From assembly GCA_046313635.1 (NCBI GenBank), contig JBKBYA010000003.1, positions 64,001 through 128,000 on the forward strand: DNA of 64,000 bases, written 5' to 3'. Positions 24,548 through 34,722 of the stretch are shown piece by piece. The stretch is from Pyrinomonadaceae bacterium. Lineage in GTDB: Bacteria; Acidobacteriota; Blastocatellia; Pyrinomonadales; Pyrinomonadaceae. The translations under genes were made by a program, and so were the position numbers. Numbering within the stretch: the first letter of the stretch is position 1; each line of letters starts with the position of its first letter. Under the pieces are notes generated by a model. That model was given only the letters and a program-made list of their open reading frames with translations. It searched no databases and was not told the DNA's origin.

Positions 24548-27500
24548 CGCGAGCGGGGTGCTGCGAGCTCAATGATGCGCCTTCGCAGCAGGACGAGATC
24601 GACGGGCTTTGAGAGATGGGCCTGAAAGCCCGAATCGAGCGCTCGTCTGCGATCGCCGGCCGACGCGTAGCCTGAGAGAGCGATCGCCGGGATGTCCCGC
24701 AGCGGCGGGTCCATCGAGCGCACCGCCGAGATCAGATCAAACCCGTCGATCTCAGGCATCCCGATATCCGAGATCAGAATGTCGTAGCCGCCGGCGGCGA
24801 GCTTCTCGAGAGCCTCGGCCGGGCTGCCCGACACGTCCGTGCGCGCACCCGAGCTCTCGAGCGCGGTCCTGATCAGCTCGCGATTGTCGAGGTCGTCATC
24901 GACGATCAGCACCTTAATATTCGGGAAGCCGTTGGTCTCGGCCGAGTGATCGCCGCGGCCGGTGGCGATCGGTGCGGGCTTGTCCACGCCCGTCTCAGGC
25001 TCGGCCTGCGGCGCTGCGGGCAGCTCGATAGTAAAGCTCGTCCCGCGGCCGGGACCGTCCGAATGAACGGCGACGGTGCCGTGATGGAGCTCGACGAGAT
25101 TTCTCACGATGGCGAGACCGAGGCCGAGTCCGCCGTGCTTTCGCTTGTAGGTCGCGTCGACCTGCCAGAATGGCTGGAAGATCTCGGGCAGCAGCTGCGG
25201 CTCGATGCCGATGCCGGTATCGGCGACGACGATCCGCGCTCCGGCATCCGAGCGCTCGAGCGAGACTGTGATCGTGCCGCCGGCGGGCGTGAACTTGATC
25301 GCGTTGGTGAGCAGGTTGCTTATCACCTGCTGCAGACGCTGGCGGTCGGCGGCGACCGGCCCCGGGTCGTCCTCGATATTCATCACCAGCGAGAGGTCCG
25401 CGCCCTCTGCCGACGGGATGGCGGCCTCTACGGCCGACTGGATTATCGGTACGAGCGGCTCGATCCTCGTCGCGATCTGCATCCGGCCCGAAATGATCCG
25501 CGACACGTCAAGCAGATCTTCGATCAGCGCGTTCTGCAGGCGGACGTTCTTGGCGATGATCTCGATGCCGCGCTCGACGGTCGCGTCGTCGTCGCGAGAC
25601 TGCAGGATGAGCTGCGTCCAGCCGTAGATCGAATTGAGCGGCGTCCGCAGCTCGTGAGAGAGAAGCGCGAGAAAATCGTCCTTGGCGCGGCTCGCCGACT
25701 CGGCCTCAACACGAAGCTGCTTTTCGCGCTCGTTGCTGTTTACGAGCTCCTGCTCGGCCTGCCGCAGCCGCGTCGAATCGTAGTAGTAGCACACGACGCC
25801 GGGCCGCCCGTCGGGCAGGACCAGCCGGTGAAGCTGCCATTCGTAGCCCTCGACCGCGTCCTTGTCGGCCCGCGGGTTGACGAAATCTCTCGAGAAGTAA
25901 GGCTCGCCCGTCTCGAGCGTGCGGCGAAACGCGGTGACTATCTCATCGGCCACGTCGGTCGGCCAGATGATGTGCATCGCCTCGTCGAGCGGCCGGCCGA
26001 CGATCGGCCTGACGTTGGCAAACGCGCCGTCGCGGGTGCCGATATTCATCTGCGCGATCCTGAGATCGGAATCGACAATGTAGATGCCGAACGGGCAAAT
26101 GTCGATCAGCCGCGAAAACATCTCTTGCCAGCGGGCCCGCTGCTCCTCGTCGAACTTTTGCTGCGTTATGTCACGAAAGTACTGCGAGAATCCGCCGTCG
26201 GGCGTCGGGTACGCCCTGAACTGGAACCACCGCTGCCAGGGCTCGTAAAAAGTCTCGAGCTCTACCGGGACGCGCTCGGTCGCGCATCGCCGCAATGATC
26301 GCTCGACCTCGCTCCCAACCGCCGGCGGGAAAACCTCTTGCCACGTGCGGCCGATCACGTCCTCTCGCCTAAAGTTGCAGATCCTCTCAGCCTCTGCGTT
26401 GACGTACGTAAAACGCCATTCGCCGTCGACGCTGAGAAATCCGTCGGTAATGCTCTCGAGGGTGCCCCGCAGCCGCGATTCGCTCGCTCGAAGCGCCAGC
26501 TCGCTCCTCTGCCGCTCGGCCAGCGTGTGGGCCTGCTCCCACGCGATGCCAAACAACGAGAGGCTGACAAGAAAGCCGCCGACGACCACGATCCAGCCGA
26601 ACGCGCGGCTCGAGCTCACGTCAAACTCGGGCCGTGTGGCAAAGGCGATGGTCCACGGCCGGCCGGCCACGCTCATCGTAACGACCTCGGTCTGCGACGC
26701 GGCCTGCGGTCGATAGTTCTCGCCGCCGGGCCGCAGAAGAGCCTCGGGAGTGACGCGATCGCCGTCGTATACCTCAAACTCGATCCGGGGCCGCGATTCG
26801 CTGCCGAATATTCCTCTAAACAGGTCCTCGGCACGGAATGGACTGTAGACGTACCCGATCAGATCGGCCCGCCGCTGCTCGACCGTATCCGGGACGCGGC
26901 CGCCCCGATACACGGGTACGTAGATCAGAAAGCCAGCCTGCTTGTGCTCGTCGATCTCCTGCACGAGCGTCACCTTTGCCGATGCGGCGGCCGCGCCGGT
27001 ATCGCGGGCGCGCTCCATCGCATCGCGGCGCGACGCCTCTGTGAACATGTCGTAGCCGATCGCCGCGCGGTTGCGGCGGTCGAGAGGCTCGAGGTAAACG
27101 ATCGTGTGATACTCGGGCCGCTCGTACTCGGGCCAGATCTTGAAAGGCAGCCGCTCGCCGCCGCCCGGACCCGGCGGGGCGAGCCCGCGCACGAAATCAT
27201 CCTTTTCGGCCGCAGGCACACGACGCGAAAATCCGACGCCCTGAATGCCGGGATAGCTCTCGGCAATGTCAAACTGCCGGACAAAATCGTGAAACTGCTC
27301 GCGGCTTACGTCGCCGGACGCGGCAAAGAGGCCTCGGCCCGCGTTCAAGATCGCGATGTACGTTTCGATACGTTGATCGATGCGGTCCTCGGTGCGCTCG
27401 AGAATATTCTGAAATCGTTCTCGGTCCTTTAGCCCCGCATTCTTCCAGACCTGTTGGGCTATCAGGGCCGTCGCGGCGAGCGAGATCAAAAAGATCGTGA

Positions 27501-27915
27501 TCGGAGCAAGTATCGGATCGGCCCGCGACAGACGCGCCGAGCGCCCGCGGGCGGCATCCTCATCCGCCGCCGAACGCTCGATACGCACGCGGCGCATCGA
27601 GCTGCCGACCGCCGCGAACGCGAGGCCGAGCAGCAAAAAGACCGCGAGCTCGACAGCCGGCATCAGGCCGCCGGCGGAATGATCATGTTCGCGGCGAAAG
27701 ATCAGCAGGAAGGCCCCGAGCAAGCTCACGATCAGCGCCGCCAGCGACGGGCCTAACCCGGCTAACCACGCGACCCCGAGCACGACCAGGAAGAATAGGC
27801 TGTATGTGAAATGTCCCTCTTGGAGCAGAGGGTCGAGGGCCGCGCGCAAGCCTATCGCCGCGAGAGCGGACGCTGCGGCAAACAGATAGCGAAACAGAAC
27901 CGAACGGGTGATCAT
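24544..27915 (-). CDS. Hybrid sensor histidine kinase (DUF4118-like TM region, CHASE, 2 PAS, HisKA, HATPase, receiver)
   Basis: CHASE (YLEPLDRRNRAAIGYDM), SHELRTPL, NLLTNAIKFT, GGLGLGL, receiver SDIGMP..HLSKP; start uncertain. Confidence 0.93.
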   Translation of the reverse strand: MITRSVLFRYLFAAASALAAIGLRAALDPLLQEGHFTYSLFFLVVLGVAWLAGLGPSLAALIVSLLGAFLLIFRREHDHSAGGLMPAVELAVFLLLGLAFAAVGSSMRRVRIERSAADEDAARGRSARLSRADPILAPITIFLISLAATALIAQQVWKNAGLKDRERFQNILERTEDRIDQRIETYIAILNAGRGLFAASGDVSREQFHDFVRQFDIAESYPGIQGVGFSRRVPAAEKDDFVRGLAPPGPGGGERLPFKIWPEYERPEYHTIVYLEPLDRRNRAAIGYDMFTEASRRDAMERARDTGAAAASAKVTLVQEIDEHKQAGFLIYVPVYRGGRVPDTVEQRRADLIGYVYSPFRAEDLFRGIFGSESRPRIEFEVYDGDRVTPEALLRPGGENYRPQAASQTEVVTMSVAGRPWTIAFATRPEFDVSSSRAFGWIVVVGGFLVSLSLFGIAWEQAHTLAERQRSELALRASESRLRGTLESITDGFLSVDGEWRFTYVNAEAERICNFRREDVIGRTWQEVFPPAVGSEVERSLRRCATERVPVELETFYEPWQRWFQFRAYPTPDGGFSQYFRDITQQKFDEEQRARWQEMFSRLIDICPFGIYIVDSDLRIAQMNIGTRDGAFANVRPIVGRPLDEAMHIIWPTDVADEIVTAFRRTLETGEPYFSRDFVNPRADKDAVEGYEWQLHRLVLPDGRPGVVCYYYDSTRLRQAEQELVNSNEREKQLRVEAESASRAKDDFLALLSHELRTPLNSIYGWTQLILQSRDDDATVERGIEIIAKNVRLQNALIEDLLDVSRIISGRMQIATRIEPLVPIIQSAVEAAIPSAEGADLSLVMNIEDDPGPVAADRQRLQQVISNLLTNAIKFTPAGGTITVSLERSDAGARIVVADTGIGIEPQLLPEIFQPFWQVDATYKRKHGGLGLGLAIVRNLVELHHGTVAVHSDGPGRGTSFTIELPAAPQAEPETGVDKPAPIATGRGDHSAETNGFPNIKVLIVDDDLDNRELIRTALESSGARTDVSGSPAEALEKLAAGGYDILISDIGMPEIDGFDLISAVRSMDPPLRDIPAIALSGYASAGDRRRALDSGFQAHLSKPVDLVLLRRRIIELAAPRSR

Positions 27916-28290
27916 CGATCGTCGACGGATCGTGCCGACGCAATGCACGAGACGCTGTTGGCTGAGATCGACCCGGCAGCCCTTCGTTTTGCCGCGCGGA
28001 GCTCTCTTGATCTGCGGCGGAGCGGACCGGCGCTGGTCGGCTCGGATCTACCTGCTTTAGCCATGTCCGGGTCGGGTCGGTACCCAAAGATACTACTCTC
28101 CGCGAGCGGGCGAGCGCAACGCCCGATGGCGACGGGGCCGCCGCTCCTCCGCAGCTTTGGAGGCCTTGCTCGCCAATCGCGATCGGAGCCGTCCCGCGCA
28201 GGCAGCTCGCGTGAGAACGGTCGTCGGGCCGCCCTCCGCGGCCTTCAACGCCGGCTCGTACGCGGAAGCGTGGGTGTGTGCGCGAGGCGA

Positions 28291-28779
28291 TCAGGCGTCG
28301 CCGCGGCGGGCGGCCTCGATCGCTGCGACGTCGATCTTTTTCATCGGCATCATCGCTTCGAAAACGCGTTTGGCGACCACCGGATCGGGATCGGTATAGC
28401 CCTCGGTCAGGGCCCGCGGCGTGATCTGCCACGAGACGCCCCATTTGTCCTTGCACCAGCCGCACATGCTCTCCTCGCCGCCACTGCCGACGATCGCATT
28501 CCAGTACCGGTCGGTCTCCTCCTGCGTCTCGGTCGCGACGATGAAAGAGAACGCCTCGCTGTGCTTGAACTCGGGACCGCCGTTCAGCCCCAGGCACGGA
28601 ATGCCCATCACAGTGAACTCCACAGTGATCACATCGCCTTCCTTTCCGGCCGGATAATCGCTCGGCGCCCGATGGATCGCATCAACGCTCGAGTCTGGAA
28701 ACGTCTCGGCATAAAAGCGCGCCGCTTCTTCGGCGTCCTTGTCGAACCAGAGACAGATGGTGGTTTTAGCTGGTTTCAT
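28291..28779 (-). CDS. VOC/PhnB family protein (3-demethylubiquinone-9 3-methyltransferase-like)
   Basis: CLWFD..AEEAARFY, LNGGP.F, CGWCKDKWGVSWQI, MKKIDVA. Confidence 0.92.
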   Translation of the reverse strand: MKPAKTTICLWFDKDAEEAARFYAETFPDSSVDAIHRAPSDYPAGKEGDVITVEFTVMGIPCLGLNGGPEFKHSEAFSFIVATETQEETDRYWNAIVGSGGEESMCGWCKDKWGVSWQITPRALTEGYTDPDPVVAKRVFEAMMPMKKIDVAAIEAARRGDA

Positions 28780-28800
28780 ACCAAAATTATCGCATGGCGA

Positions 28801-28947
28801 TCATCGATCATTCACATCGATCCGAGGCGCTCCGCTCTCGACGTCGCCATTGCGTTCGTAGGTTGCGATGACGATGCCCTTTGGAGCTACTTTGCTGCTT
28901 GTAACTTTGAATGCCGCCGGTATCGTGCCGCGCTGGAAGAGCCGTCG
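28801..28947 (-). pseudogene. Headless C-terminal fragment of a dihydrofolate reductase/RibD-C family gene
   Basis: My translation [39 protein letters not shown] resembles the C-terminus of RibD_C proteins often found next to VOC genes; no N-terminal part upstream. Confidence 0.6.
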
Positions 28948-29140
28948 AGCGTCATGAATTCGCTGGCCGTTATTTGTCTCACCGAGTTTATTTGCCGCCT
29001 TTTTGTGAAAGTAACTTAGTAATTCTTTAATTAGGCCCTATTCTCGGGCCGGTTGGCGGTGCAATGAATTTAGCTTTGTGTTTCAAACCTTGGAGTGCGG
29101 GCAAAATTTGATCTCGTCGCGTAGCGACGAATGGATCTTC

Positions 29141-29237
29141 AAGCCCGGCGCGTTCGATCATGGAGATGATCTCGTGCGTCGACATTTTTACTTCGCCGCC
29201 GGACTCGACGGAATTGCTGTCGATGATCTCACCGCCA
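29141..29237 (-). pseudogene. Orphan mqnE 3' fragment (third copy)
   Basis: Encodes [31 protein letters not shown]; 29181-29212 matches 32071-32102 at 31/32 nt. Confidence 0.85.
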
Positions 29238-30678
29238 TTTCCACGCCGGAGAGTAACTTGTCCAAAGCTGCTCTATCCAGAAGAATCCCGTTCAGAATGA
29301 CGGCATTTATCTTTCTAGTGTTGTTAATGTCCGCAAGCGGATCACCGTCAAGCAAAACCATGTCGGCGAGCTTCCCCTTCTCGATCGTGCCGAGTTCATT
29401 CTCCAGGTCCAAAAACTTTGCGGGATTGATGGTTGCGCTTTGCAGCGCCTCGAGCGGCGTGAGTCCGGCCTGAACCAATAACGCCAACTCGTCGTGCAGA
29501 CTGAAGCCTGGATAGACGTATGGGTTACCTAAATCCGTGCCGGCGAGAATTTTTACGCCCGCACGATGCATATCTCCGACGAGGTCAGTCTCTTTCTCTA
29601 AACGGATTTTCCTGTTCGTAATCTCCTCCGCCGCGAGGTTCACGTTCCGTGTGTCTGTTCTAGCGGTCCAGCCCTTCAACTCAGACTGCGGTATGTACCG
29701 CTGCCGGGCGTCGTTCCTGAAACTCTCGTCCTCTCGCAGAGCGAGCGCACGACGCATGACGAGCGTCGGGCATTGCCAGGTGCCGTTTCTGACAAAGCGG
29801 GCGAAGAGTGCCGCGCACTTCGCCTTGCTGTATGTCTTCTCTCGCGCCTGCCGTCCGTACAGGCGGTCGGTAGTTCGGACGATTGCGCCCCACGCGCTCC
29901 AAGTGTCGGGATTATTCGCCGCTTGCTCGACCTCTTTCCTGACCTCGGCCTCGTTAGCGGAACAGGATTCCAGAATGCCGTACAGATGCTCCATGCTTTT
30001 CTGACCGGCGTCGGAGGCTTCGGCTGCGGTAACCGATGCGGGCACATGCCCGACAAAGGTTAGCCCCTGTTTCCTTGCTTCGTCGGCGACAACGAAAAAC
30101 AGCGGGCGCGGGAGCAAAGAATGGACCTTAATAAAGTCAGCACCTCTCTGTTTGAGGGTGACGACCGCTTGGCGTGCCTCAGCTTCGGTTGAGATCGGAA
30201 ATCTAATCTGTGGGATTGCCCCGCCCAATATCGGACCCGACGCAAAAATGCGCGGACCAACGCGTCTGCCGTCCTGAATTTCTTTGCGCCACTGTTTCAA
30301 TAGCTCAAGGTTTCCGAGCGGCATCGCCATATCACGCACTCCGGTAACGCCGTTAGCGATGAATAAAGGAAAGAATGTTCCGACCCGTTCCTCCCGCAGA
30401 GTATGCACGTGCATATCCCACAGACCTGGGATCAGAAATTTCCCCCTGGCGTCAACGACCTGCGCGTCTTTCGGGATTTTTATCTTGCTCGCTTTACCGA
30501 CAGCCGCAATGCGATTGCCTTCGACGATGACCGTCATATCGCAGCTGGATGGCGCGCCGGTTACGTCAATCACGGTCACGTGCGTCAAAACGAGCGTGCG
30601 CACCGGTGGAATTGTCGTTTGCGCCAACAACGATCCGGGGAAGAGAATAAGCAACAATAACGCGAGTGTTTTCCTCAT
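29188..30678 (-). CDS. Secreted amidohydrolase family protein
   Basis: Signal peptide; PGLWDMHVH, GVTGVRD, GHVP, AGTD, LHDEL, GKLADMVLL. Confidence 0.92.
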   Translation of the reverse strand: MRKTLALLLLILFPGSLLAQTTIPPVRTLVLTHVTVIDVTGAPSSCDMTVIVEGNRIAAVGKASKIKIPKDAQVVDARGKFLIPGLWDMHVHTLREERVGTFFPLFIANGVTGVRDMAMPLGNLELLKQWRKEIQDGRRVGPRIFASGPILGGAIPQIRFPISTEAEARQAVVTLKQRGADFIKVHSLLPRPLFFVVADEARKQGLTFVGHVPASVTAAEASDAGQKSMEHLYGILESCSANEAEVRKEVEQAANNPDTWSAWGAIVRTTDRLYGRQAREKTYSKAKCAALFARFVRNGTWQCPTLVMRRALALREDESFRNDARQRYIPQSELKGWTARTDTRNVNLAAEEITNRKIRLEKETDLVGDMHRAGVKILAGTDLGNPYVYPGFSLHDELALLVQAGLTPLEALQSATINPAKFLDLENELGTIEKGKLADMVLLDGDPLADINNTRKINAVILNGILLDRAALDKLLSGVEMAVRSSTAIPSSPAAK

Positions 30679-30766
30679 CGATTCATGCTCCGCGAATCCC
30701 GGTCCTGAGTGAATTCGGCTGTCGAATGGATCAGCTGCCGGCTTCGAATATTCTCATATTGACAGA

Positions 30767-30918
30767 CTTTACCCGATTGCAAACAGTATCTCGCTCCAGA
30801 GCTTCAAACCCAGCCCGTTGGATCAAGTCGATGAACTCTTGTTTGGTCATCTTTACTTCGCCGCCCGACTCGACGGAGTAGCTGTGGGTGAGTTCGCCGC
30901 CGTCGGTGATGGTGCCGT
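30767..30918 (-). pseudogene. Orphan mqnE 3' fragment (second copy)
   Basis: [49 protein letters not shown]; 30867-30918 is identical to 32092-32143 (52 bp). Confidence 0.92.
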
Positions 30919-30939
30919 GTGAGTCGTGGCATTTTGACA

Positions 30940-31154
30940 TCATAGTTCATCGAACTCAGATTCGGTCAGGTGGGCCCGCCGTAAAATGCTGCGGAGCGTT
31001 CCGCCCGCGACTTCTCGATGTTTCGGGACAACGGCGGTGATCATGCCATTCGCGATCTGTTTAGCGAATTTCACGTGACTTCCTGACTGAGCAGCTTCCT
31101 GGAAACCGGCCCTCAGGAGTTTGCGTCGAGTTCGCGATAGGAGATCGGCTTCAC
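30940..31154 (-). pseudogene. hicA: HicA-family toxin, frameshifted (1-bp deletion near 31127)
   Basis: Corrected reading MKPISYREL/RRKLLRAGFQEAAQSGSHVKF...VVPKHREVAGGTLRSILRRAHL; GSH motif; span 215 bp, one short of a multiple of 3; GTGA overlap with hicB. Confidence 0.8.
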
Positions 31155-31354
31155 GCAGCGATGTTCAATTCAAAATACCGGACTCGCGGGAGAACGGTTG
31201 CGACCGGCGGAGTGAAATGAAGTAGCAGGGCCTCATTTAAGTTTGCCATTGCTTCGTCTTCCGTCTCCCCTTGTGAAGCGATGTCGAGCTCGAGACACTG
31301 GGCAACATACCAATCGCCTTCTTTCACGATCACAGCGTTGAAGTCCATAGTCAT
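31151..31354 (-). CDS. hicB: HicB-family antitoxin (short form)
   Basis: FNAVIVKEGDWYVAQCLELDIASQGETEDEAMANLNEAL; real start is 31354 or 31348, not the ORF-track start. Confidence 0.88.
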   Translation of the reverse strand: MTMDFNAVIVKEGDWYVAQCLELDIASQGETEDEAMANLNEALLLHFTPPVATVLPRVRYFELNIAA

Positions 31355-31418
31355 CGACGCATTATAACTTAGATGTAAAGCGAGCAGAGGAGGTGATGGC
31401 GGCCCTTGGCCAGACGCT

Positions 31419-31553
31419 TTGCAGGGCCTCGGTAGCGATGAGTTAGGCTTCGCGAGGCAATCTAAACGCGTCGGGAAAGATTTGCAATGGTTCGTGAGGG
31501 AGTGACTTCGCTTCGGCTTGCAGAGGTTCGGCGAAGGTTTCGCAACCTTCGAG
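31419..31553. repeat. Degenerate 21-bp periodic repeat
   Basis: TCG core recurs at 31429, 31450, 31471, 31492, 31513, then 31528 and 31549. Confidence 0.5.
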
Positions 31554-31934
31554 CTACGCGAATTCTCGCAGGTCCGTAGGTTTGGGAAGTTCGGTCGGTG
31601 TTCGTGATCCATCGACAGACCAGACCTCAATGCCGGATATACGTCCGTCACGCGAAAATGCGAAAACGCCCGAGAGGTCTATTCCCTCAGTTCCCCAATA
31701 CCAATCTGAAAAGATGTCGAGGCCAGTCGTCCTGTTCGGGATAACCCCATCGAAACTAAAATCGACGCTCGCGCATCCACAAACGCAACGCGATTCAACA
31801 CGTAGGTGCTCGATCTGCTCTAGATACTCGTCGGGTCCGCTCTGTCTGTTTTCGACGAGCCATCTAAGAAGGTCCGTTTCCTCCTGCGTAAGAGGTCGAT
31901 CTTCCTCGATAATCATGTTCACGGCTCTAACCAT
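31554..31934 (-). CDS. Hypothetical protein with CxCGCAS motif
   Basis: RPLTQEE..L..L...RCVCGCASVDF...GRISGIEVWS; compact ORF inside the island. Confidence 0.7.
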   Translation of the reverse strand: MVRAVNMIIEEDRPLTQEETDLLRWLVENRQSGPDEYLEQIEHLRVESRCVCGCASVDFSFDGVIPNRTTGLDIFSDWYWGTEGIDLSGVFAFSRDGRISGIEVWSVDGSRTPTELPKPTDLREFA

Positions 31935-31982
31935 AAGAACTCAGCACCCACACTTCACCCAACGCCAGACTCGGTCACAAAC

Positions 31983-33083
<1,101 letters not shown>

Positions 33084-33105
33084 AGATTTGGTGAACTATC
33101 TCTCG

Positions 33106-33981
33106 CTAGTTCATTTTACCAAGAAAGACCGCGCCGCCGAATGTGAGCAGCAGGATCACGCTGACAAAGGCGTTGGTCGTAAAGAACGCGGCGTTCATTC
33201 GGCTGAGGTCGTTCGCCCGCACGAGGGTGTGCTGGTAGACCAGCAGCGCGCCGACGGCGACGACGCCGGCGAGGGCGAGCCAGCCGAGGTCTGTAAGTCC
33301 GTAGAGCAGCACGAGCACGGCAAAGGCCTGAAAGTGAAACAGCCGCGCGATCCACAGCGAGCGTGCGATGCCGACCTTGGCCGGGATCGAGTGCAGGCCG
33401 GCACGGCGATCAAAATCGTGGTCCTGGCACGCGTACATCACGTCGAAACCGGCCGTCCACATCAGCACGAGCAGCGAGAGCAGGATCGGAGTTTCCGAAT
33501 CGATCGCGCCGCGGACGGCGATCCACGCCGCGGTCGGCGAGATCGCGAGCGCCCAGCCGAGCAGGATGTGCGAGAGCGCGGTAAAGCGTTTGGCGTACGA
33601 GTAGCCCAGCACACTAAGCAGAGCGACGGGCGAGAGCGCGAACGTGAGCCAGTTGAGCGAGTACGCCGCGAGCAGAAAGAGCGCGATCGAAGCGTAGAGA
33701 AAGATCCATGCAAAGCCGACCGACAATTTGCCGCTCGGGAGCTCTCGGCCGGCGGTCCGCGGATTCTTTGCGTCGATGTCGCGGTCGGCAATGCGGTTGA
33801 ATGTCATCGCGGCCGAACGCGCGCCGACCATCGCGAGCGTGATCCAGAGCATCTGCCGCCAAGACGGCAGGCCTTCGGCGGCCATCACAGCGCCGAGGAA
33901 CGCGAACGGAAGTGCAAAGAGCGTGTGCTCGAACTTGATCATCTCGAGCGTGGTTTTTAACTTGTGCCAGACGGTCGACAT
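33106..33981 (-). CDS. ubiA: UbiA-family prenyltransferase (MqnP-like)
   Basis: [39 protein letters not shown]. Confidence 0.92.
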   Translation of the reverse strand: MSTVWHKLKTTLEMIKFEHTLFALPFAFLGAVMAAEGLPSWRQMLWITLAMVGARSAAMTFNRIADRDIDAKNPRTAGRELPSGKLSVGFAWIFLYASIALFLLAAYSLNWLTFALSPVALLSVLGYSYAKRFTALSHILLGWALAISPTAAWIAVRGAIDSETPILLSLLVLMWTAGFDVMYACQDHDFDRRAGLHSIPAKVGIARSLWIARLFHFQAFAVLVLLYGLTDLGWLALAGVVAVGALLVYQHTLVRANDLSRMNAAFFTTNAFVSVILLLTFGGAVFLGKMN

Positions 33982-34054
33982 TTCGGGCGGTGCGGTAAAG
34001 GCGAGATTCTATCAAAGCGGCAGTGTGATTTCAGCCCGCGGCGAGGACCGAGAG

Positions 34055-34158
34055 CTTTGCGTCCTTTGCGTCTTTCGCTTGGCGATCTTTGCGGTTTGTT
34101 TTCCGCGTGGTAAGAAATAACCGCAAAGTACGCAAAGAGAGATCGCAAAGTCGCAAAG
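34055..34158. repeat. Inverted array of CTTTGCG / CGCAAAG units
   Basis: CTTTGCG units on the left, CGCAAAG units on the right; the same architecture recurs at 44064-44130. Confidence 0.7.
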
Positions 34159-34188
34159 CGTCTCGTACCGGCCCGCCTCACTCTAGAA

Positions 34189-34722
34189 ATGCCAATCGGA
34201 AAAACTCATGACATCGCGACCGTTGTGCTCGCCGTGCCCGCGGCGATGGCGGCGCAATATTTTTCTGGCGACGCAAAATGGACGTTCGCCTTTGTCACGG
34301 CGTACCTCTTCGGCGGGCTGATGTTCGGCCCCGATCTCGACACGAGGTCGCGGCCGTACGCGCGCTGGTCGATATTCAAATTCATCTGGTTGCCGTACCG
34401 GTGGGCGTTCGCGCACCGCTCGGCGTGGACGCACGGCCTGCTCGCGAGCACTTTGCTGCGGCTGATCTACTTTTTAGGAATGGTGACGCTCGTCGCGTAT
34501 GCCTCTGCTCTCGTGGTCGCGACCGTGCGCGAAGCGCGGGTCGCGACTCTTGTCGACTTTTCGCGAGGCTGGCGTTACCTGGGAGCTTTTACAGGCGCTT
34601 ATCTCGGAAACCGAGGTCTGATCGCGGCACTTGCCGGCGTATGGACGGGAGCGTTCGTTCACACGCTGCTTGACGTCGTGGTCACGTACGTCAAGACCGG
34701 CCGCGTGTCGAGGCTGATTTAG
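34189..34722 (+). CDS. DUF2227-family putative metal-binding membrane protein
   Basis: MP.GKTHD, FGPDLD, WLPYR...HRS..THG, HTLLD. Confidence 0.85.
   Translation: MPIGKTHDIATVVLAVPAAMAAQYFSGDAKWTFAFVTAYLFGGLMFGPDLDTRSRPYARWSIFKFIWLPYRWAFAHRSAWTHGLLASTLLRLIYFLGMVTLVAYASALVVATVREARVATLVDFSRGWRYLGAFTGAYLGNRGLIAALAGVWTGAFVHTLLDVVVTYVKTGRVSRLI

Noticed and set aside
31355..31651. N-terminal extension of HicB in the ORF track
   Set aside because: Runs through the 21-bp repeat tract and overlaps the upstream gene; HicB similarity begins at 31354/31348.
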